The notes under the pieces were generated by a model, which was not told where the DNA came from, did no database searches, and was given only the letters and a program-made list of their open reading frames with translations. A DNA stretch of 64,000 nt. It comes from Trichosphaerium sp. ATCC 40318. Taxonomy: Eukaryota > Protista > Tubulinea. Location: contig JALMLS010000197.1 in assembly GCA_038496445.1 (NCBI GenBank), positions 1-64,000 on the forward strand, in the 5' to 3' direction. A program made the translations under genes and the position numbers. Positions 39,175-52,459 of this stretch are shown here, piece after piece. Within the stretch, counting starts at the first letter, position 1, and every line of letters starts with the position of its first letter.

Positions 39175-39421
39175 TTGAGTCAATAAAGCTATGTTTCAAA
39201 TAAAAGCTGTTGACGCAATTAGAGAATAACGCTGTTTGCTTCCTAGCTGATTCTCACAATGGCGCTTGGTGTCTAAAACGCAAAAGAATGCCGTGAGGTT
39301 ACCAGCGAGGCTAAGTCAGGCAATCTGAAAAAGTTGTCAGCGAGAAACATTGTGACTGTATTGTTTTGCTTCGAAACTCGGTGGAACACTCTTAATTGAT
39401 ATGTGAAGTCTGAATTAAGAC

Positions 39422-41139
39422 ATGGCAGAGAAAAATGAGTTCTTGTTCGAATTTCCTTTTGACAGGTACGTTATATTACTTTGATGCATCGCTAATATAC
39501 TTTAAGCTCCGTATTGAGGCAAATGACAAAGCTACGGCTTAGTCCAACAAATTTTGATCCAGAAGCCCGTAAAGTACATCAATAATATAAAAATACAATA
39601 TCTCATTGTTCAACAAGGCGTATGAGCAGAAACAGATAAAATTATTTAACCGAAGACTCAAACGTACGTTACTTTTTTGTACAATACAACAACAGTCTTC
39701 TTCCTATTATATGGTTGGTACACAAGCAATAAATAGCGTCATAAACGTAAAAAAGTTTGACCTCCGATAAAACGGCGTTTGTGCGACCCAAAACGCGTCA
39801 AAACATAATTTTAGCTCATTTTAGCGCGTAGAACTTGAGAAACAATCAAAAACTAATGAATCGCCTCAAACACCCAAATCTACATCTCAAAGGGAGACAA
39901 TATGGCTTGCTCCACCGGGAAACGCAGACAGCAGACGAATTACTGGTACTAAATGTCAAAAAAATGACACAAACTTCATGTGACATTTTCAACGAAAAGC
40001 TCTGGTTTTACTTCTTTTCTAGCTTCTCTTTCTGCTCCTCCTTCACCACGTCATTCAAAAGATTACACTGAGATATGTCCTGAAGAATCAGACAGTACGT
40101 TAAAATAACAACGAAGCTCTTTCTTGGTCTGCATTTAAACAAAGTCAATAGAGTGGCGTGGAGGTGCAATGAATGACAATGACTTATCACAATTGGAGCG
40201 TGAACTAATAGGAGATGGATTTACAAAAGCTGAGGTCAGTAATGTAATGAAGTATGTTAATGATGGTAAAGAAGAGGTGAGAGCAAGAAAGGATGCCGCC
40301 AGTCCGAAAAAAAAAACTACAAAAGAATTCTCAGAAAACCTCCTTTTCTTTGGCTTTGGCTGACTTGCTAATTTAATGATTTAGGTTGAATTCGATAGAA
40401 ACCGTATTAAAGAAGCGAGAGAAAGACTAACAAAGAGATTAAAGTTATATAGTCTAAAAGAAGTAGAAATTCCTGGGTAAGTATTTTATTTACTCAGAAC
40501 TTTTACCAGAAATCTGTTTTTCTTTCTGTATAGCGGTTTAATTCACATGGGTTTTTATTTTTAGTGATGGCAATTGTTTATTCTCTGCAGTGAGGTACGT
40601 AGTAAATTCACAATTAATATACCCACCAAAGAAATGAAGTCTAATAAGTTTTCTGTAGCGATCAAGTTTATGATACAATTTCAGAAGCTGGTACTATTCG
40701 GAGAAACGCTGTGTCCTGGCTTAGACAACATGGACACGAGAAATTGGTATTTACATAATTTCTTTCAACAATTCTATGTCACGTGACTTGTGATCAATTC
40801 TGACTTTGTTTTTTTGTAGCCGAACGGTGCTTGTTTGAAAGATTTTGTTTGTGACCAAGAATGGGATGAATATTTAATGAATATGTCAACACCTGGTATT
40901 TGGGGAGATCATGTTATGCTTGTAGCTATTACAGAGGTACAAAAAAACCACCAATGACTGATCGTTACCTGTTCTAACTTTTTTTAAACAAGATTTTTGG
41001 AGTAAACGCATGTGTAATTTCAAGTATAGAGTGTGATGATTATATACAATGTATATACCCTACTTTTCAAAAGTCACGTAACTCAATACTATTATGTCAT
41101 TATGCGGAATATCATTATGGTTCATTGCGACGAAGTTAG
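39422..41139 (+). CDS. OTU-domain deubiquitinase, multi-exon
   Basis: EIPG|DGNCLFSAVS|DQ, WGDHVMLVA and HYAEYHYGSL supply the OTU catalytic Cys and His boxes. Confidence 0.9.
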
Positions 41140-41785
41140 CTGCAGTTAAACAGATAATAATAAAAAATCCAGTAGTGAAAGGAAATACATTTGTGAAAGA
41201 AATATTGATATTCCTTCAAGTCAACCATTAAAATAATTATTGTCAGGCCTACAAAACAAGCAACTAAAACGGCATATTTATTTAAATGGTTGACTTGACA
41301 CAATACCAAAACCGTGTACACCACAATATCATTATTTACTTTACATTTTTATTTACGTCGGCTGTATTACTGATCGAAATTCAATCACTTTTTCGATTAT
41401 TTCGCCTGTGATACGCCTACATTGTGAAAGGGCTTCCATTGTTTCTTCTTTAAGCGTTCATGTAAACCTAAAAATAGATCAAAATGTCACAACGTGACAT
41501 TAGACACAAGAAAAAATACATGCCCAAAGAGATGTATAATGCCAGGAAGTCTTCTTGTGGTAATATTGTGGAAACGTGTGTTGCTGACGCAATGTTTAAA
41601 ACATCTCTCACACCTTTTCCGCAAAGCAACAAAAGGAACCGATTCTAAGAAACCATCTGCTCAAACAATGTTTTTACTTTTGTCACCCTTTACACCTTTA
41701 ACCATAACGTCGTTGGGGCTTTCTGTACTGAATGGGTTAACACTGGTATCTTTCTGATATCAATTTACAATCAATGTGATAGTAT

Positions 41786-42340
41786 CTATTGGTGTGTATC
41801 ACCCAACACGTTCAAACATGCATCTGTTACTAGGTTGCAGCCCACCAACCTAATAGTGTGTACAACAGCCAATGCCTTTAGTCCTTCATCAGTTACATGT
41901 GAATACGATAAATCAATGTTATGTACACCGGTCAATGACTTGATGCCTTCATCTATCATATTCGAAAATGAGCTAAGTTGATAGTATGCACACCTGTTGT
42001 ACAACGCCTTCAACCCTGCATCACTTACATTCTTGACAAATCAATGTCATGCGCACCTCTAAGTAATCGCAAGTTATTGTCGTTCGCGAAACCATTGCAA
42101 TTAACTGTCGTATTCTTGAGTAACAAAGGGCACTTAGAAAGCAGTATCACACTTTGAAAGCTGAAAACCTTGATTTTGTTGTATCCAAAGTATTTATGTA
42201 CGATTTCTCTCAACAAGAGGCAAGTTTGAGCTGTGCGAAGAGTAAACGATCCTTGTTTAAGAATTTTGCACTACTATTTCGACTTGTAGAGCGGCAAGGT
42301 CAAAGCCAGGCTGTTTAAGCTATGTCGTGCTTTCTTCCAT
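41786..42340 (-). pseudogene. Degraded intronless F-box/LRR gene, paralogue of 17018..18231
   Basis: AQTCLLLREIVHKYFGYNKI...KNTTV versus AQSCRLMSDIIHDVVGYDKI...NNTTV; DEGIKSLTGVHNIDLS repeats; multiple stops and frameshifts. Confidence 0.8.
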
Positions 42341-42570
42341 TTTGTAAAGACGAACTTTGCAAAACCAAAGTGAGCAAAAACTCAGTGCTTTTATCACGAT
42401 TTTTCTTTGAAACAATTTTACGAAAAATACAGAAGCACGTGCTACATTAATGAGTATGATATGTGCGTATATGCTCTGACTACGTCGCGTGGGCTTAGAA
42501 ACCGAAAAAAAGAGGAAAAACAATATGTTGTGAAAGTGAAATTTCGTGATTTTTTGGTTTTTTTTACAAA

Positions 42571-43637
42571 ATGGCAACACGCACTATCTTTACCTCTACT
42601 GACGTTGTGGCGTGGGAAAAGAAGCTAGCGACTTACGATCGTACTGTGAAGGCTGTTGCAAGCTTTAAGGCGTCAAGTAGGTGTCACAATGATCGTTTTT
42701 CGTTGTTTTTATTTTGGGATTAGAAACAAAGGTTGCCGTGTACAAGGAGCGTTATTTAGAGCTCGTGGAACTCGATAAATGGTATCAACACGAATTACCC
42801 TCGGTTATTGCCAAACGGGACCCAAAGTTCATTACAAAGCAGCAACTTGTAAAAATCGTAAACTGGAAGCTAGTGAAGGGCCAGTTCCGTCCTGGGTTAG
42901 TGTTTTACAGCTTTTTTGTTACAATGACATCATATTCATTGCTATTTAGTATGTTACAGCGTGCTGAGGCGCTAGACGACGATTTGGTTCGCCTTTACAC
43001 TTCTTTTACCCGCCAACTCTTTATTAGGTTAAAAAACTCTCTATTGAAGCCTACACTACATTACCAAGTATCTCCAAAGCGTTAAACGTATTTTCGAAAC
43101 CGTTAAAGGTATGTGAATTGAACCAAACCAAAAAAAGCGCGAAAACTGACTTCACATTTTCGAAATCCACCTCGCGTGGGGCTTTGTTAAAACTGTTTGT
43201 CTGTCACGTGACTTTGTTAAATTTTTGTTCAAAAAATCCAATAGGGAGTTGGACCTGCTACTGCTTCAGCCGTTTTGACTGCAATGGCAAGAGATGATGT
43301 TTGTTTTATGTCTGACGAAGCTATGCTCTCTATTTCAGAATTGGGACCAAAGTTAAAGTATACACTGAGTCAATACAACAAATTCCACACGTTAGTGTCT
43401 GAAAAGGCAAAATCTCTAAATGATTCATCGGATACAGTTTGGACTCCTTGTAAAGTTGAGCATGTACTTTGGGCTGATTATCTCCAAACAAAGCATAGTC
43501 TTGATATTGAGGACGTTGTTGGTAAAGGTAAGGATGATAAAAAGAAGCGTAAACGTGAAGGTAGTAGTGAAGAAAAAATAGAAGAAACAAAGCCAAGGAA
43601 GAAGATTAAAATTGTAAAAAAGAAAAAATCAGCTTGA
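42571..43637 (+). CDS. Conserved eukaryotic helix-hairpin-helix (DNA-glycosylase-like fold) uncharacterised protein with a basic tail
   Basis: ELDKWYQHELP...LVKIVNWKLVKGQFRP, LK|GVGPATASAVL, FMSDEA, KYT...Y, VEHVLWA. Confidence 0.8.
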
Positions 43638-44687
43638 CAGACTTTGCATCTAAATAAACTTTTTTTGACTACAATACATCGCCCACAGATTCTACTTGCA
43701 GAATTACAAACCATTTTCTTTGTTACTGGGTAGGATTATGCAGTCACACCAAGGTCTACTTATAGCCAAGTCCTTTGTCAGTCGGCAGTAATTGCTGAGC
43801 ACTGGTATTGGAATTATGTTTCAACATTTTTTTGGGTTAGCATTCTTGTGCAAGCCTAAGCTACGCTGCCGTAGTTTTGTGTACACGCATACAGGCTAAT
43901 TTACTTTGGATTTCCTTACACATGTGCAAGTGAATCACTTAGAATGGCACATTTTTATGCTTCAAAAATGGTCAGTTTTCTGTGTAGATTTTTTTTTCAA
44001 TCTGTCAACATATAAGGCCAACGCGGTCCAAACAACAAACAGCTGTAACAGATGGGTTTAGATATATATATAACTTCTGCCCCACTTAAACACAACTTTT
44101 TATACTTGCAGAGAGACTGACATATCATGAGCAAGTGCTCAAGGAGACATATGCTGATACTTTCCGTATTAGGCAACAGTTCTTGTCCTTTTTAGTAAAT
44201 AATTTTTATCACGCTTAGAACATAATTTTACGCTTTCAAACTCCATATCCTCATTTAACAGTACGTTTTAAAGCCAAAAAGCGTGTGTGGAACGCTTACG
44301 TAATCTAGCTTGTGTGGACTGTGAACTATCTATTTTTCTTTCTACATCTATGCTGCAACGTCTACCAACACTCAAGTCACTATCGCTAGTTGTAAAACAA
44401 CAAATAAACGGTGAGTTTCAGGCCTGGATAAGTCGCAGTTCATGACTTTAAGTACAAGTCATAAATTAAAGACAACAATTAACGAAAACACTCCTCTTCA
44501 TTGTGAAGCAACCTATTGATAAACAATATGAGCTCTAGTACGTGTTTGGTAGTAAATTAACGTATTTTTCTTTTTTTCGATGTACTTATGCGTAATAGAG
44601 GGCAAAACGAGTACTATGTTTATCACGCGGTTCATTACTCATGTGAAGGGGAAAAAAACGCAGTACATTAACAGTCTTTGTGTGAGC

Positions 44688-47600
44688 ATGAAGATAAAGC
44701 CTCCTCATACTCCTGACGCTCTGGCTAACCACGCAGAAACAAGTACGTTCGATAACTTGATTTTTGATGCTTTTTCTTTTGTCGTTTCATCATTGTTCAT
44801 CTTCTTTCGTGTACGCTTTGCTTTACAACTTTAACAACGCAACAGCGCGTATTACGCCCTAACAGTTGCTTTTTTTTCATTTTATCTTTTTACAAACGTT
44901 AATGCCATTTTTCTCGTAAACTTAGTAATACGCACTATTTTACCCTTAAATCCGTCATGGCGTCACTTTGTAAACCGTTTTTAATTCAGAAATACTCTTT
45001 TTTTTTTTTTTTTTTTCTCTTTTTTTTTATTTTGCTTACCTTGTCACCAGGAAAGTTACTGGCGCTTACAAATGATAAACTACGAGCCATGCGAAAGAAA
45101 CAAAAAATAGACGGCAAGCCCTCAACAAAGGCAGAGTTGGTGTGGAGTTATTTATCACACACACATCCTCCAGGTTCGTAGAACAACTTTACATTTGTGT
45201 TGTTTTGAAGCTCACTTATTATTGTATTAGCTACTGTCAAGCCTACACGAAAAAGAAAGGCTGTACAACCAGCAGCCACAAGTGAATCTAAAAAGCGGCG
45301 ACATGAAAAAAAATCGAAAAAAACAAACCGTCTTGTTCTAGAACGACAGCACAGTGAGCCTTTCGATAACAGGATATTGGTACGAGTTTTTTAGTTAATA
45401 CATGAAAGCGAATGTACTAACACCATGTTAATAGGCGCTGGAGAACAAGTACGAAACACTGGCTACCGGACAAAAGGAAATGGAAGTAAAGTTTGCAATT
45501 GCAGAGGCTGATATAAGCGCATACAAAAAACAAAATGCGGACTTAATAGAGAAAATTACCAGAGCTGAAGGCAGAGCTGCCAAAGCTGAGAAGCAAGCTG
45601 CCAGAGCTGAGGAGCAAGCTGCCAGAGCTGAGGAGCAAGCTACCAGAGCTGCGGAGGTTGAACAAAAGAACAAGGAGGAAATTGCAAAGTTGACAAGAAA
45701 AGCAGCTGAGCTAAAGAAACAAGCAGCTGAGTTCAAGAAACAAGCAGCTGAAATAAAAAAAGAAGCAGCTGAATCAAGAAAGCGTTCGTCAGAATTAAAA
45801 AAGATACTTGAAGCGAAAGAAAAGAAACTTGGTGATTTACAAAGAGAAGCTGCCACATTCCGACAAATAATTGTTGATGTTAGAAAGGAAAAAAATGCTG
45901 CACTTGCCCACCACGATGAACAAATTGCTGAGATAACATGCAGGTTAAACTCAGCAGCTTTTAAGGCATTTAGCAAAGTTTCAATTATGGGTACGTTTTT
46001 TTTTTTTGGCTCTTTTTTTTTTTGTTGTGCCCACCTAACTTTTGCTCAAGACTATACTTGTTGCTTTGAACAGCTTGATCTAAAAAGCAAGATTATGAAG
46101 AAAGCAAAAAAGTGGATTGCTGAAAACCTCGATGCGACCATGTTTCCTCACTTTACAAAGACATTGCTTTCCGAGCTCAAAATTCAGGAAAAAGAGCTTG
46201 CTGAGTATGAGCGACGCGAGATCAAAAAAGTTGATAACACCGAGCATGCCCTTAACGCTCTTATATTTAATATAATGAAAGAAATGGAATTGCCACATTT
46301 GAAGGTGATAGACACTCACGCTGAGGCATCTTTATTTTCGTTCAAGGGATTTGGCATTGTTAAAAAACATTTACCTGATTTGGTATTCACTGCCAACATA
46401 CAAGGCATTGATCCAAAACGTCCTAACCCGCTCCAAATCGTTATGACAATGGAAATTAAAGTTGGTACCATTGCTCCAAGGCATTTAGGACAAGCAATGT
46501 ACGTTAAAACTATTCTCTAGTCACTTTTTCTTTTCTTTTTTTTTGATTTTTTGAATAAATTCATCTGACCTAATCTGTTTAGGGTTTCCTTGGCCAACTT
46601 CATGGCAGTACAGACACCAAGAACAACTATGACAAGTATAGTATTGAGCGAAACTGAGGTCAAATTTGTTCGCTTGGTCTGGGACAATCAAAAAAAGGAT
46701 TATCACTATGAGGTAACTGATAAATACGCAACAAATGAGGAAAATGCTGAGGGCTGCAAAATGCTGAGAGATATCCTAAGTTGTACACCTGAAGACCTTG
46801 GGTGGTCGCTTCCTGCGTTTACTGTTAATGGTTGCGATTACGCACCAAAACAGCAAATAGGCAGTGGCGCAACATCGACTGTATATCGCATTACAGTTAC
46901 CAATACAGAGAACACAGATGACATAGAACACGTTGAAAGAGAGGAAATGGCTGTCAAGGTGTTTAAAACCCTTTATGGTGACATTGCTGATGATGAGAAA
47001 ACAACTCTGGAGGAGTTAAAACCATTCAATATTCCAGGCGTTCCAGTACTTGTACGTTTATTTCTTTACCATTTTTTTTTTTGTATTGACTTCTGTATTA
47101 GGTGTGTACTGGGGAAACAGCTCAACTCGATATATACCATGTCATGACACCTATATGTGGTCCTATAAAACATATAACAGATTGTCCATCGTTTTCTCTG
47201 CTTGTAGAACTACTCAGGAGTGTTCACAACGCTGGATATGTGCATCGGTACGCTCATCGGGTTTTTTTTTGTCAAACGTTTTCACATTTTCTTACTTTTT
47301 TAGTGATGTGAGCGATGGTAACATATTGGTCAGAGATAAACAGCTTTATCTCATCGACTGGGGTTGTGCTTCCCGAGTAAATACTGAACAATATTACCAA
47401 GGCACATTGTTCTTTGCACCTGATGAAATAGTGTCAGCTTTCATTGCAAAAAAAAAAATTGTATTCGAACCCTGTCATGATCTTATGGCATTGGTTTATG
47501 TCTTTATGAGATTTCGATGTTATACACGACTCTTGAGGCAACTCAAAGAATTGTATTCAGAAATAAAATGGAGAGATAGCAAGAGTGTCAACCAAAAAAC

Positions 47601-47826
47601 AGATGACATGGAAATTGACGGTGTGGATAACTCTGACCGTGGCGACGAAGAAGATGATGGTACTACTAAAAAAGCGTTCTATACAAACCAGGAAGCTTTC
47701 AACAACTTTTATCAAAAACGCAAGGAATTGATGGAAGGAAAGTTCTTAAAGCCCATGAAGTATGCTATGGACTGCAACTACGAAGCACTCATTGAATATT
47801 TCAATGACTTTTTCTGTGGTGTTTAA
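44688..47826 (+). CDS. Crinkler-like protein: short helical N-terminal module, coiled coil, PD-(D/E)xK REase-like domain and FunK1-like kinase; start uncertain (44688, 44957 or 45089)
   Basis: HLPDLVF...MEIKV (REase motif); QIGSGATSTVY, AVKVF, GYVHR|DVSDGNILV, LIDWGCA, YQGTLFFAPDE, HDLMAL (kinase). Confidence 0.78.
45575..45780. repeat. 21-nt coding tandem repeats (heptads AARAEEQ / AAELKKQ)
   Basis: gagcaagctgccagagctgag and agcagctgag..aagaaaca repeats. Confidence 0.85.
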
Positions 47827-49614
47827 ACAATAATTAAAAATAACGACCGATTCTCATCATGTACAAAGAAAAAAAAACAAAATAAAAAAAGTTGAGTCGA
47901 TATGTTTTTTTTTTTTTGTTTTTAAGTTGATTCTTCAGTTTCATCTCAATTGTCAACCTTCACTTTTTTTTACACGTGCTATCATATAGTGCGATGTTTG
48001 CCTTTGTCCAAGCCTGTTCTGGCAACAGACGTTAGATAGAGGTCAAGAATGGGTAAAAAAGTAGTGCTTTTTAGCGCTTTTTCAAACATCTCAACTAGAG
48101 CTGAAAATCCTCAATTACGCTATAACTTAAAGTTGATGTGTTCAGTGCTTTCGATGCGCCTTCTGTACTTTGTGTTATAATTAGCAATTGTACATAACCT
48201 AAAACCAAAAAACAAAACTAGTTGTTTGTTCTAAAAATTTAGCATCTTTGGGTGATGTCAAGGACATTTATTGAGTATTACTACTTGATACCCATCAACT
48301 TAAATACCCAAGCGTGAGTCATATCAGATTTCAAGAGTTCCATTTTGAGAGTGTACTATAAAATACAACCGTCTGTGCAATCTACGTAAGCTCCTTGAAA
48401 ACTGCCATACACATAACTTGTTTATATGTAGCCAAGAAATGCCATGTGAGGTGCATGTTTGCTCTTATCTTTTGGCCTCTCAGCTAGTAGGTGTCGGTCA
48501 TACTCATAGATGGTAGTTTACTTAAAGTTGTAATACAGTTTATATTAGTGTGGATTATTAGAGTTTACACTACATGCCTTGAGTTTGAACTCGAATGGAA
48601 ATTGTAAAACAGTTTTTTTTTTTCATTTCATTAACATGTTGTTTTATAATATGTGTACCTCCCTCTGAATCACGTGACTGCTTTTTGTCAACAAATATAA
48701 AAATTAAAATATCTGGAGCTCGCTAGATGCGTGACCAGTCTACTGTTATTTTCTTAGAAACACTGATGCATGCAACCAGTAATGTGAAGTAAAAAACGTA
48801 GTTGCATGCAACTCCATTGCCAAGATGACAATATCAATTGCATCTGTAAATAGCCTCAAAAATGCACGTATGTACATGGGTGTTTAAACTGGATGGTTGA
48901 CGCGTATGAGTACGATTCAACAGTTTATTTCGATGTGTCATGCCAAGTAAAAAGGAACATAGTACCAATAACATACTTCTCCGCATAAACGAAAGCGTTT
49001 CTGTCATCTAGTAACGATAAGATTGGACCATCATGATATAATAGAACTATTCACATCAAAGTTTCGCATAAAGCGAAATCACGTGAACCAATGTAACGGA
49101 CAGACAAAAAACCGAAAAAACCAAAAAACACAAACAAAAAATAAAACAAGTCATTTTCACTCTAGAATTTCGACAGGGTACATAAACATGATCTACAACT
49201 ATTATCTCAATAGTATACTACATATATACCATCGGAAAAAAGTAAATACATGAGTGGTGATCTAGGAAAAACGTCAAAAAAGTTTTTCGTATTTTCGCAA
49301 CTCGAGAATTTAACAAAAAAACGTCGAGCGTGGGTTTAAAAAAATGGGTTTGTATTGATGTACTTATTCGTAAAAAGGTTAGGTCCGGCCATGCAGTTTT
49401 TGATTCAGAACGCGTTATTGGTACTTGAGATTGCGGATTAGACGCTTTTTTTGCGAAAAACGAAATGTAGGCCAGGTATTTTACGGATCGTGACGATCGT
49501 TGAAGCCTTTTTGTTTGGTGTAGAACGTACTCACATAAGAGACGGTTTAAAATAATATATACAGATCCTAGATCCGTTTGAGATAATCCTACGTCTTGTA
49601 GATAGCACGTTTTT

Positions 49615-50790
49615 TTTCTTCGATGAAGATACCACTTGTCAATGCTTTAGAAAGCTAATTCTCCGCCTAAGAAACATAAAGCATTGTTAGTTTCGGCTAT
49701 TTTTTGTGTTGGATGGGAGTTTTTTAGTGGCTTTTCAAACACATACGTACCCGGTAGATTTCTTTGTGTTTCGCTTGTAGCTGTTCATTGACACTATCGA
49801 TTTTTTGTATTTTTGTGACGAAAAAAATTGTATCGCTTTCAAATTTGTTCTTTAATGTCCGTTGAGTGAAATGCTGGGTATGTATTGTTTGGCGCTAGCC
49901 GTGTGCTTGTGAACTACCTAGGGTGTGAGACGTCTTTTTCGCGTTTAGTTTTTCTTGTAGTTTCTCAAAAGCGAAAACTTTTTGAGTTTTTCACGTGTTT
50001 TTTTCCTTTCGAAAAAACGTGATGAGAGAGTGCTGACACTATACACTTAGTGTGCATCTCTTTTTTTTTGTTTCTATTTAAAGCGTACCATCGTATTTCA
50101 TTGTAAGGGCCCATAGGGTAAAATCGTTTTTCCGTCAATAGTCGTATGAATTATCGGGAAATGCAATTGCTATGTGTAGTTTTTTTTCCTTTTGTATTGG
50201 AGGTTTTTGGTTTAACTTTGTAGCGTCTAGTTGAGTGGTTGGTTGAAGGATTTGTATAATCCTACGAGTTTTTTAAAGGGTCACGAGATTGGATTAATGG
50301 AGATTGTGTGGATCAGTGAGTGATATGTGGAGTTAAATAACTTTTTTGAGGATTGTAATGATATCTAAGCTTGTTTGTTTGGTACTGACATACTAGAACA
50401 AGAGATAGTTCACGATGGAGATAGTTTAATGGACGATATTGTGGCTAGATGGTTCACAGTGAACAGTTTTTTGTCTTCGGTGAAGTGCACATGTCAAGTT
50501 AAAATAACTTGTTCATGTCAACGTACATGACTGAAATTCTCCGGCTAAAAAACATAAAGGCATTGTTTGTTTCGGCTACAGTATACCTGTTGGGGAGAGG
50601 ATTTTACTACACGTTTTTATATACGTATACCGTGCCAGAAACACGCTGTGTTTTCAAATTGTGATATACATCTGTGTGACATCTTTTCTGCGTTGTTGAA
50701 GGACTACTGCTAAAAGCGTAAAGTTCTCGTCAAATCTAAAAAAAGCGAGTAGAGTTTTTTTAAATTTCACGTGTTTTTTTGTAAAAAAAA
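49615..50790 (-). repeat. Diverged tandem duplication of a small spliced minus-strand unit (copies at about 49615-50005 and 50465-50790)
   Basis: Shared block aattctccg.ctaa.aaacataaag.cattgtt.gtttcggcta, equivalent GT-AG introns of 84 and 86 nt, and a shared upstream tttcacgtgtttttt. Confidence 0.7.
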
Positions 50791-51648
50791 ACGTTTTGTT
50801 CCTGTTACCGCGTCACGGTATTCCGCTATTATTCGACTTACACCATATCCAGATGATTTAGCGTATCTTTCTTGGCTACTTTTTGTGCGAAACTCTTTTT
50901 TGACGGATATTTTCGCACGTAGGTAGATCAATTCACAAAGGTATTGAAAACCAAATAATGGTTTATTGCGAGGTAAAGGGGTAACCTAAAAACCATTTAG
51001 AAAGGCATGTTGTTGATTTTGGTATGAAGATACTCTGCAGGTTCGGTTTTCTGTTCACACTACTTTTTATGTGTTTCTCTGGTAATAGTTTTCAGTTGTG
51101 GACAAAATAAAATATCAAATACCATACAATTCCTTTGTTTTACTGTATCTTGCCTTAGAACTGATTTTTCAGTACCGGAAAACACCCCGTGAGGGGCTGA
51201 GCTTTTCTTCCTATTTAAAACATGTACATCATAGACAGCGTAGTACTACAAGGACATTTGTGCGAAATCTCGTTCCTCAACCAACTATTTTTTCAAAGAG
51301 GACTTTTTTTCTTCAATACCTCCGAAAAAAAATATTACAAATGTCATTTAGTGCAAAATATCACGTGATTGTACACGTTTTTTTTTTCAAGCAAACGACA
51401 TGTCGTAAACTCGTAACATTTTTTGGCTAAAGAAACAAAGGCCGCCTGTGAATGCAAGGAGCAAAGGAAAATATAATCGACAGGACGAACCTCGCACTTG
51501 GGTAAAGAGAAAAGGAGAAAATGGCTTTTTCCATTTTTACAAAAAAGATTGAGTTTTCTTTCGGCACAATTCAAGCTCACATAAACGTACTATTCCAAAT
51601 ACAAAACAACAGCAGCAACAACAGTTCCTAACTACCTAACCAATCACT

Positions 51649-52459
51649 ATGAATAACCAGTTATTTATCGAGAAAGTAATGAAAGAGTCCAACAACAAAC
51701 CTGATAAGAAATGTAATTCTCGTATTACATGGGACATATCAAGTAGTTGTATCCAGTCCAGGTTACCTATCAAACCCTCTGATAGACCATTCGGTTCATT
51801 ACAGACCCCAGAACAGCAATCTTCGGCAGCTGTAGAAGAAATGGAGTACGTCCTATAAAAAGTAAACCCAAGCAAAAAATCCCGTTGGCTAATTTTTTGT
51901 CAAAAAAGGTATTACTTTGCCTGGCTAGTATGGTTAGATGATCTGCACCGTACACGTCCCAATGATTACAAGAGATTTTTCCTCCAAGAAGAGGAAATAA
52001 AACAAAAAGTATGTCAAGCCACACCCTTATGTATAAGACTAATTTTTCCTAAGCTGAAAACAATGTTTACTGCTTTCATTTCGAGTGAAACTTCTGTTTT
52101 GCAAGATGGTTCTATCGTAACTGAGAAGCAACCAAGTACCTTCATACCATGCAACAAACTCAGAGGTCGCGTACAGAAGACCTATGATAGAAAGTCTCTT
52201 CATATACCAGCTGTTAAGCTTAGAGAGGTACGAATTTGTTCGTCTCAATACGGTTTTATTTTTTGGATGCTAGTCAGCCAAATACTTCATCTATTTCGCC
52301 ATTGCTCCCCCTGTTTCATCTATCTAACGCGTTATATCTAGGTGTTAAAGAAATCTAAAAAAACAGTCATTAACGGCGGTGGTGATGCAGCAATACGAAC
52401 AGCACTGTCGCACCTAGTTAGAGTTCTTGAGAGTAAAGTTGAACAAAGACGTCAGTAAA
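51649..52459 (+). CDS. Small hypothetical spliced gene; phase of the first junction unresolved
   Basis: ORFs 51649..51858 and 52063..52341 plus a final exon VLKKSKK...EQRRQ*, bounded by GTACG donors and AG acceptors. Confidence 0.4.

Noticed and set aside
45428-45976. 182-aa antisense ORF
   Set aside because: It is the mirror of the coiled-coil repeat on the + strand.
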